64,000 nt of DNA from Clostridiales bacterium GWF2_38_85 (GTDB taxonomy: Bacteria > Bacillota > Clostridia > Oscillospirales > CAG-382), in contig MGOY01000036.1 in assembly GCA_001797275.1 (NCBI GenBank), forward strand, positions 36,361 through 100,360. Reading direction: 5' to 3'. The notes under the pieces were generated by a model. It saw only the letters and a program-made list of their open reading frames with translations, did not search any database and was not told where the DNA came from. The position numbers and the translations under genes are program-made. Below are positions 57,085 to 64,000 of this stretch, piece after piece (within the stretch, counting starts at the first letter, position 1; every line of letters starts with the position of its first letter).

Positions 57085-57861
57085 TCAATATTTAAACATA
57101 TATTCCAGTGCATACTTATCTTTTTCAATATCTCTACTAATAGATTTGACTCTACAGAGCTTGTCTTCAATCACAAGAAATTCATCATTTATTACTCTGA
57201 GTTTATTGACAGCATCAGCTTCATCCAGTATATGTTGCTTCAATATCAAAATCTGATCTTCGCTAAAGCGTTTTTCGGCTTTATACCAGCCAATAGGAGG
57301 TCTACAAAAAAGATAATCACAGAAGTTTATTATAATTAGCTTCATACTGCTGAGAAGCTCATCAGCATACAGATATTCACTTCTCATAATCCTTCGATAG
57401 CATTCATGTGACTGAGCAAGAAATTTATCGACTGCCTTGTTGATTTCATCTTCAGATATTTCAAAATTTAGTTTTTGCGATTCTGTTTTTATTTTACCGA
57501 GAAAGCCTTTATTGTCTTTTATTATCTTTATATCTTTCAACCAAGGTGAAGGTATAAGTATTTGTGGTGTATAAAAGAATATGTCTGCTTTTATGAAATT
57601 ATCGAAATGTACAATAATTGCATTTGAGAACCAGCAGGGTTCGAAAAACAGAACTTTTCTGTCCGAGTTCAATATCTTGTTTCTACATTCTGCTATAGCT
57701 TCTGTAATACTTACTCTATCAATAACAAAGCGTATATCAACATCGGAGTAGTTATCAAATGTACCTGTAGCTAATGAACCGGATATAAAAACTCCGGTAA
57801 CAGATTCATCCGCTGATAGTAAATCTATTAAGTACCCTTCAAGCTCTTTAACTTTATACAA
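57085..57861 (-). CDS. nucleotidyltransferase-domain protein (ANT/aminoglycoside-NTase-like fold)
   Basis: The Pol-beta NTase motif GSLATGTFDNYSDVDIRF and a helical C-terminal domain. Confidence 0.65.
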   Translation of the reverse strand: MYKVKELEGYLIDLLSADESVTGVFISGSLATGTFDNYSDVDIRFVIDRVSITEAIAECRNKILNSDRKVLFFEPCWFSNAIIVHFDNFIKADIFFYTPQILIPSPWLKDIKIIKDNKGFLGKIKTESQKLNFEISEDEINKAVDKFLAQSHECYRRIMRSEYLYADELLSSMKLIIINFCDYLFCRPPIGWYKAEKRFSEDQILILKQHILDEADAVNKLRVINDEFLVIEDKLCRVKSISRDIEKDKYALEYMFKY

Positions 57862-57876
57862 TAACTTTACCTTCTC

Positions 57877-58467
57877 TTACTTTTCCCCATCGCGGATAAT
57901 GCCAAGCACACCACCAGGGTGTTTTTTTATATATTCCTTCGCAGTCAACTCATGTTTCTCCTGCAAAATGACCGACAGTGCTTGCAACACAAGTATTTCT
58001 GCAATAATTGATGCTCTGGGTGCGCGGTTAAGCGGACCACCTTCATGATTTACTCCGGCAAAAATATATGCATCCGCATATTTGGCAAGCCAAGAATCGG
58101 GGTTGCCAGTTATAGCGATAACCTTACAGCCATTGTTATGCACAGCGGTTGCGGTCGCCTTCATCTCTGCGGTAACACCGCTGTTGGATATGCAGATAAC
58201 AACATCGCCTGCTACTAATTGACCGCTTGAGCCGTGAACAGCTTCGGTACCGTGCAGAAAATACGCAGGAGTTCCGGTTGATGAAAAAAGCGAAGCTGCA
58301 TATGAAGCTACATGAGAGGGCTTACCGATGCCGGTTACATGCAACCTATTGCCCTTCTTCTGAGCTTCTTCAATTATTCTGACCGGCTTCTCGAAGGTTT
58401 TTGCATCTAATGTATCAATGAAGGTCAGAAATTCATCCTTTGAAATTTCTAAAAAGTCTTTTAACAT
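57877..58467 (-). CDS. SIS-domain sugar-phosphate isomerase/binding protein
   Basis: VTGIGKPSHVA..ISNSGVTAE.. SIS motifs. Confidence 0.75.
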   Translation of the reverse strand: MLKDFLEISKDEFLTFIDTLDAKTFEKPVRIIEEAQKKGNRLHVTGIGKPSHVASYAASLFSSTGTPAYFLHGTEAVHGSSGQLVAGDVVICISNSGVTAEMKATATAVHNNGCKVIAITGNPDSWLAKYADAYIFAGVNHEGGPLNRAPRASIIAEILVLQALSVILQEKHELTAKEYIKKHPGGVLGIIRDGEK

Positions 58468-58481
58468 AACACATAACTCCT

Positions 58482-59447
58482 CTATCTTAAGCTTTGAAAT
58501 ATATTTGATTCAATTTTCATATTTTGCATCAATTCAAGAACTGCATCTATCTCAGGCAGACTCGGCTGCGCGCCCATTGCTGAAACAGTAATAGCTGCGG
58601 TATGGTTAGCAAACTGCAGTGCTTGCTGATGCGTCGTTCCACTGCATACTGCTGTGCAAAATGCAGCGACAAAGCTGTCGCCTGCCGCAGTTGGATCCTT
58701 GACTGCGGCATCAGGCACGCACGGGCTTTGCAGGAATTCATTTTTGTTGGCGATAACAGCGCCCTTGCTTCCTAAGGTAATAATAACATTCTTTACACCC
58801 TTTTGCAAGATGGAATCCGCCGCAGTTTTTACTGTTTTATCGTCAATAATCCTGATTCCTGTCATATCTGCGGCTTCATGCTCGTTGGGTGATATATATG
58901 TAAGGTATGAATAAAGCTTTTCGGGGATCGGTGAATATGGTGCTGAATTGAGCATAACCGGAACATTCATATTATATGCGTATTCAGCAACCAACATATT
59001 GATTTCCATCGGTATCTCAAGCTGGAGGATGACCATATCAAAACCTGCTATACCGTCCTTTAAAAAGCTTACATCCTCAGCTGTCAGCTTCATATTTGCA
59101 CCCGGAACAACAACAATCCTGTTCGCTGTTCTGCTTTTTGTGACCTCGAGCTGAACATTTCCGATTGCAGACGGTGCTTCACCGGTAACGGTTATATGCG
59201 ATATATCCACTCCTGATGCGCTGACAGAGTCCAACAGCTCCCTGCCGAAGCTGTCGTTTCCGACCTTGCCTACCATTGTAACCTCAGCACCTAATCTTGA
59301 CGCCTGAACAGCCTGATTCGCACCCTTGCCACCTGCTGCGATGTTGAAGTCAAAGCCAATGACCGATTCGCCGCTCTCCGGAAATCGCTCCGAGCTGACA
59401 ATAAGGTCCATTACAAGACTTCCGACAACTAAAATTTTTGGTTTCAT
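58482..59447 (-). CDS. rbsK: ribokinase / PfkB-family sugar kinase
   Basis: ILVVGSLVMDL, GGKGANQAV and DPTAAGDSF motifs. Confidence 0.8.
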   Translation of the reverse strand: MKPKILVVGSLVMDLIVSSERFPESGESVIGFDFNIAAGGKGANQAVQASRLGAEVTMVGKVGNDSFGRELLDSVSASGVDISHITVTGEAPSAIGNVQLEVTKSRTANRIVVVPGANMKLTAEDVSFLKDGIAGFDMVILQLEIPMEINMLVAEYAYNMNVPVMLNSAPYSPIPEKLYSYLTYISPNEHEAADMTGIRIIDDKTVKTAADSILQKGVKNVIITLGSKGAVIANKNEFLQSPCVPDAAVKDPTAAGDSFVAAFCTAVCSGTTHQQALQFANHTAAITVSAMGAQPSLPEIDAVLELMQNMKIESNIFQSLR

Positions 59448-59712
59448 TCTACTTACTCCGAAATTATATATTTTTCCAGTTTATACTGATTCTATTTAGA
59501 AATAGTATTAATCATGATATTATAACATTTCATCTTTCAAAAATAAATGTTCTTTTTATGAATCATTTTATTATTTACTTATCATTTACATCTATTTTGT
59601 TTCTCGCAAGTTGATTTTGTCAACCGTTATTAACTTCTAATCTATTGCAATCCTCGAAAAACGCTGTATAATATATATAGTAAAGCAATGGCAGAAAAGA
59701 GTAAATGTTTTT

Positions 59713-60816
59713 ATGAAAGAAATAAATATAGCAAAAATACTTGTTTTAAAGCGTAAAGAAAAGGGTATAACTCAGGATGAACTTGCCGAATATATCGGAG
59801 TTTCTAAAGCATCGGTTTCAAAGTGGGAAACAGCGAACAGCTATCCCGACATTAACTTTCTGCCCTGGCTTGCGACTTATTTTAATATCAGTATTGATGA
59901 GTTGATTGATTATGCACCGCAGATGGAGAAGAATGATATAAAAAAGCTTTACCATAAGCTTGCCGCTGATTTCGGTAAAAAACCGTTTGATACAGTTATT
60001 AAAGAATGCCGTGAAATAGTTAAAAAATATTACTCCTGCTTTCCTCTGCTGCTTCAGATAACTATACTCCTACTCAATCACCATATGCTTGCAAAAACAA
60101 AAGAAGAACAGGTAGAAATATTGCAGGAAGCGATTGACTTATGTAACCGAATCAAGTCCGAAAGCGACGATCTCTGGCTTGTTAAGCAGGCAAATATGAT
60201 GCAAGCAAGCTGCCTTCTAATACTTCAAAAGCCCATAGATGTAATAGATATGCTCGGCGAGGACATACACCCAACCCTAAACGAAGAAGCACTGCTGGCG
60301 AGAGCTTATCAGATGAAAGGCAATCTACAGAAATCGAAAGAGGTCTGGCAAATCGGTATTTATCAGCATATAATTTCAGCTGTTGACTTTATGCTTAACT
60401 ATTTATTGTTACACAGCAATGAACCCGAAAAGTTCCGGATTATCCTGAACCGACTGAAAAAGATCGCTGATATCTTCGAACTCGATAACCTGGCACCAAA
60501 CTCAATGCTTCAGATGTATCTGGTCGCAGCGCAGGCTTATGTAATACAAGAAGAGACAGAAAAAGCCTTGAATATGCTTACAAGATATGCCGATGTATGC
60601 GATATGTTTTCTAAAAGCTTATATTTGCATGGCGACAGCTTTTTCGACTGTATCGAAAGCTGGTTTAATGAATTTGACTTAGGCACTGAAGCACCGCGTG
60701 ATCAGAAAATCGTTAAACAAAGTATGCTCCAAGCTGTAGAAGCAAATCCGACATTCCAGAGTTTGGCTGAAACGCCGAGATATAAAAGCATTATTCAAAA
60801 ATTGAAATTAATATAG
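59713..60816 (+). CDS. XRE-family HTH transcriptional regulator with helical (TPR-like) C-terminal domain
   Basis: ITQDELAEYIGVSKASVSKWETANSYPDI.. HTH_3, followed by a ~290-aa helical domain. Confidence 0.8.
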   Translation: MKEINIAKILVLKRKEKGITQDELAEYIGVSKASVSKWETANSYPDINFLPWLATYFNISIDELIDYAPQMEKNDIKKLYHKLAADFGKKPFDTVIKECREIVKKYYSCFPLLLQITILLLNHHMLAKTKEEQVEILQEAIDLCNRIKSESDDLWLVKQANMMQASCLLILQKPIDVIDMLGEDIHPTLNEEALLARAYQMKGNLQKSKEVWQIGIYQHIISAVDFMLNYLLLHSNEPEKFRIILNRLKKIADIFELDNLAPNSMLQMYLVAAQAYVIQEETEKALNMLTRYADVCDMFSKSLYLHGDSFFDCIESWFNEFDLGTEAPRDQKIVKQSMLQAVEANPTFQSLAETPRYKSIIQKLKLI

Positions 60817-60830
60817 AAAGGATTATAATT

Positions 60831-61040
60831 ATGACAGATCTCAGTCAATTAATCGAATACCTTCCCTTTTTGATACCCATATTTGCACTTGAGCTTATAC
60901 TCGCAATCACAGCACTCGTGCATGTACTTAAACACCCCACATACAAATTTGGCAACAAAGCATTCTGGGTTGTTATCGTTCTGTTTATCCAGATAATCGG
61001 TCCGGTAGTATATTTCATTTTCGGAAAAGGAAATGAGTAG
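60831..61040 (+). CDS. PLDc_N-domain small membrane protein
   Basis: Two TM helices and ..KAFWVVIVLFIQIIGPVVYFIFG.., typical of PLD nuclease N-terminal domain proteins that sit next to ABC exporters. Confidence 0.7.
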   Translation: MTDLSQLIEYLPFLIPIFALELILAITALVHVLKHPTYKFGNKAFWVVIVLFIQIIGPVVYFIFGKGNE

Positions 61041-61054
61041 AAGGGTTGTTTTTT

Positions 61055-61972
61055 ATGAATATATTAAACATCGAAAAAATATCAAAGTCATTCGGCAAAA
61101 ATAAGGTTATAAACGACCTATCGTTTTCGGTGCCTGAAAACTCAATTTTTGGATTCATCGGTCAGAACGGTGCAGGTAAAACCACGACCATGAAGATGGT
61201 GCTTGGACTTTTAAAAGCCGACAGCGGAAAGATAACCGTCCTCGGTGAGCCGGTTGTCTACGGTCAGACGAAGACCAACAAATATATCGGTTATCTGCCT
61301 GATGTACCCGAGTTCTACAGCTATATGACACCGAAAGAATACTTAAAACTTTGCGGCGATATAACCGGAATGGATGATAAAACAATAAAAATAAAAAGCG
61401 ATGAGTTAATCTCCTTAGTCGGGCTTGATAAAGCAAACAAACGCATCGGAGGATTTTCGAGAGGAATGAAACAAAGGTTGGGAATTGCTCAGGCATTGCT
61501 TAACGAACCGCAGTTGCTTATCTGCGATGAACCGACCTCAGCACTCGACCCAAAGGGCAGAAAAGAAATACTTGATATTTTATCAACTGTCAAGGGTAAA
61601 ACAACAGTTGTGTTCTCAACGCATATACTTTCCGATGTCGAACGTATCTGTGACCGTGTTGCAGTCCTGCACAGTGGAAAGCTTGCTCTCGCCGGCACTT
61701 TACCGGAAATTAAAGCACAGCACAAGAACGATTCGCTTATTGTTGAATTCGCAGTTCTGGAAGAACTTGAGTGTTTCAAAGCTATTATAAACGGCTGCAG
61801 TCTGATAAAAGCTGTCGAAGAGCTGAATAAAGGTATAATACTGCATACTTACAACATTCTCGAAGCTGAAGCTGTGGTTTTATCTTTACTCTCTAAGAAC
61901 AATTTATTGCCGTTGAAGCTTGAGGTTGCAGAGCCAACGCTCGAGAATCTCTTTATGGAGATAACAGCATGA
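61055..61972 (+). CDS. ABC transporter ATP-binding protein
   Basis: Walker A GQNGAGKTT, signature FSRGMKQR, Walker B LLICDEP. Confidence 0.9.
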   Translation: MNILNIEKISKSFGKNKVINDLSFSVPENSIFGFIGQNGAGKTTTMKMVLGLLKADSGKITVLGEPVVYGQTKTNKYIGYLPDVPEFYSYMTPKEYLKLCGDITGMDDKTIKIKSDELISLVGLDKANKRIGGFSRGMKQRLGIAQALLNEPQLLICDEPTSALDPKGRKEILDILSTVKGKTTVVFSTHILSDVERICDRVAVLHSGKLALAGTLPEIKAQHKNDSLIVEFAVLEELECFKAIINGCSLIKAVEELNKGIILHTYNILEAEAVVLSLLSKNNLLPLKLEVAEPTLENLFMEITA

Positions 61973-62039
61973 ACAGCATCCTGCGGGACACAACTTTTTT
62001 ATCTTTATTGTCATAATATTTCAAAGTGGAGTTGATTAC

Positions 62040-62804
62040 ATGAAATCATATATAGCATTTACAACAAAAGAATTTACCGAACAGCTTCGAACTCATAAGG
62101 CATTAATCATGTTCACAGTATTCCTGCTTTTCGGAATTATGAACCCTGTAACAGCAAAGCTGACACCTATTATCCTTGAAATGTTCATGCCTGAAGGGGT
62201 CGAAATTACACTCGGTGATCCGACTGCGCTTGATTCGTGGGCACAGTTTTTCAAGAATATACCCCAGATGGGCATTTTTGTTCTTGCAATAGTGTTCAAC
62301 GGACTTATGGCAAATGAATTCACTAAAGGTACACTTATCAATATACTGACAAAAGGTCTTTCACGCAGCACAGTTATCCTCTCAAAGTTTTCAATGGCAA
62401 TTCTGCTCTGGACAGCAAGCTATATTCTTTGCTTCGCTGTATCCTATGGCTACACCATCTACTTTTGGAGCAATGATATTGTATATAACCTTTTGTTCGC
62501 TGTATTTGTATTATGGCTGTTCGGCGTGTTGATAATTTCGCTATTACTGTTCGGCGGTGTGTTATTTAAAAACAGCTATGGTAGTCTGCTGCTCACCGGT
62601 ACAACGGTTGTAATTATGTTTCTCATTAACATCGTCCCGATACTGCAGAAATACAATCCCGTTCTGCTGTCATCAAGCAACATGGACCTGCTAACCGGAA
62701 AAATGCAGCCGTCGGATTTCACGGCGTCAATTATCGTTACCACAGCACTGACTATGACCTTTATTGTCGTAGCAATACCGATATTCAATAAAAAGCGGAT
62801 TTAA
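62040..62804 (+). CDS. ABC-2-type transporter permease
   Basis: Six predicted TM helices, immediately downstream of the ATPase gene. Confidence 0.75.
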   Translation: MKSYIAFTTKEFTEQLRTHKALIMFTVFLLFGIMNPVTAKLTPIILEMFMPEGVEITLGDPTALDSWAQFFKNIPQMGIFVLAIVFNGLMANEFTKGTLINILTKGLSRSTVILSKFSMAILLWTASYILCFAVSYGYTIYFWSNDIVYNLLFAVFVLWLFGVLIISLLLFGGVLFKNSYGSLLLTGTTVVIMFLINIVPILQKYNPVLLSSSNMDLLTGKMQPSDFTASIIVTTALTMTFIVVAIPIFNKKRI

Positions 62805-62851
62805 ACTTCTATTTGTATATATTTTGAAGTTTATAATTAAAATTATTAATG

Positions 62852-62940
62852 CGGCAATTAAATATTCATTGCATGATGTCGAAACGTCTTTGACTTATGG
62901 ACTTTTTGACATCATATAAATAAGTATTATTTAATTGCCG
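62852..62940. terminator. long imperfect palindrome between convergent genes (bidirectional terminator-like)
   Basis: CGGCAATTAAATA..ATGATGTC..GACATCAT..TATTTAATTGCCG nested arms. Confidence 0.5.
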
Positions 62941-62978
62941 TTTTAATAATATATACGGTGTTTTTCGTATAATCGATT

Positions 62979-63884
62979 TTATAAATTAAGTTTAATATTA
63001 TTTTTTTTGTTTGGTTTGTCATGAATTACAAAATATGTTCCGACTCCCATTATGAGGACTGCAACGAAAAAATTTAAGGTAGGTATTTCTTTAAATATAA
63101 TTAATGATAATATTGTTCCGATAAATGGCGAAACAGCATAAAATGCACTTGTTTTGGTTGCTCCAAGTTTGCGTTGAGCATAAACATAGAAATAAATACT
63201 CATACCATATGATAAAAATCCAAGTATTGCAGCAGCAATTACATATAAAAATTCAACTTTGAAATCAATTATTAAAAATGATACCAGCATTGAACCGGTT
63301 CCGGATGCAATACCTTTTATTATAACGATAATTAATGGATTTTTATCCGAAAGCATATGCGTGCAATTATTTTCAAAACCCCAACATATGCAGGCGACAA
63401 TGATCAGCAGTGAACCGGTAGAAAAGGTTAAATTGTTCATATCCTTAAATGACAGTATTATACCGGATAGTGTTATCAGAGTAATGGCCATCCATAATCG
63501 TTTTGATATTGTTTCTTTAAAAAGTAATAAAGCTATAATAGATGTTGCAACTATCTCAAAATTATTTAAAAGCGCAGCATTTGCCACAAGTGAATATTTT
63601 AATCCGAACATCAAGCATATCGGAGCAGCGATATCAAAAATTATCATTCCGATAACATATTTTAACTGTTGTCTGGTTGGATATTGATTCCTATTAAAAA
63701 AGGAATGTTTCTTGCTAAGAAACCCAACTATAAACATTCCTATACCTGCTCCGAGATAAAGTAAAGCAGCCATCATAGTACCTGATATTTTTGTAAGCAG
63801 AAGCTTTGAAAATGGTATATTAATTGCATAAAGAGCAGCTGCGAGAATTGCAAAAATAATAAATTTATTATTTTTCTTTTTCAT
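62979..63884 (-). CDS. EamA/DMT-family transporter
   Basis: Ten TM helices in two EamA-like repeats, 301 aa. Confidence 0.8.
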   Translation of the reverse strand: MKKKNNKFIIFAILAAALYAINIPFSKLLLTKISGTMMAALLYLGAGIGMFIVGFLSKKHSFFNRNQYPTRQQLKYVIGMIIFDIAAPICLMFGLKYSLVANAALLNNFEIVATSIIALLLFKETISKRLWMAITLITLSGIILSFKDMNNLTFSTGSLLIIVACICWGFENNCTHMLSDKNPLIIVIIKGIASGTGSMLVSFLIIDFKVEFLYVIAAAILGFLSYGMSIYFYVYAQRKLGATKTSAFYAVSPFIGTILSLIIFKEIPTLNFFVAVLIMGVGTYFVIHDKPNKKNNIKLNL

Positions 63885-64000
63885 ATATTATTATAAACTG
63901 TCCTTTCAAATGTTCGGATTTTCTGCAAAACAAGAAGTCTTTACTACATAATTAAATGTACTGCAATCATATCCTGTTTGGAATACCCGGCTCAAGCTTT

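Overview
Low-GC Firmicutes (Clostridia-like, spore-forming) chromosome segment. It has two parts. (1) Positions ~1-22,000 are AT-rich, mosaic accessory DNA. This part holds a decayed glycan locus (galE, a capD remnant, a wecB-like epimerase), several pseudogenes, and an integrative-element module with a DnaD-like replisome organizer and a SprA/SpoIVCA-class large serine recombinase. The module ends exactly where the spore-coat gene cotJC is truncated (cotJA-cotJB-cotJC'). A c-di-GMP-linked two-component system follows. (2) Positions ~22,000-64,000 are core metabolism and housekeeping. They contain a secreted multidomain GH27 alpha-galactosidase and a complete arginine operon, argGHCJBDF-carA-carB, in which carB is fused in frame to dapF. 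They also contain a divergent hisBHAFIE-hisK operon, an Lrp regulator with an aminotransferase, ispE, spoIIR, addBA, an orphan sugar-binding lipoprotein, an AraC-HTH/GGDEF fusion, small-molecule modification and sugar kinase genes, an XRE-regulated ABC exporter and an EamA transporter. I saw no rRNA, tRNA or CRISPR array. The main leads are: the cotJC-interrupting recombinase element; a ~106-bp palindromic repeat family (3 copies, with compensatory stem changes); the CarB-DapF fusion; a Cys-rich 30-codon uORF coupled to a 640-aa protein; and a synonymous-only duplicated gene tail. All product calls come from motif recognition by eye, not database searches.
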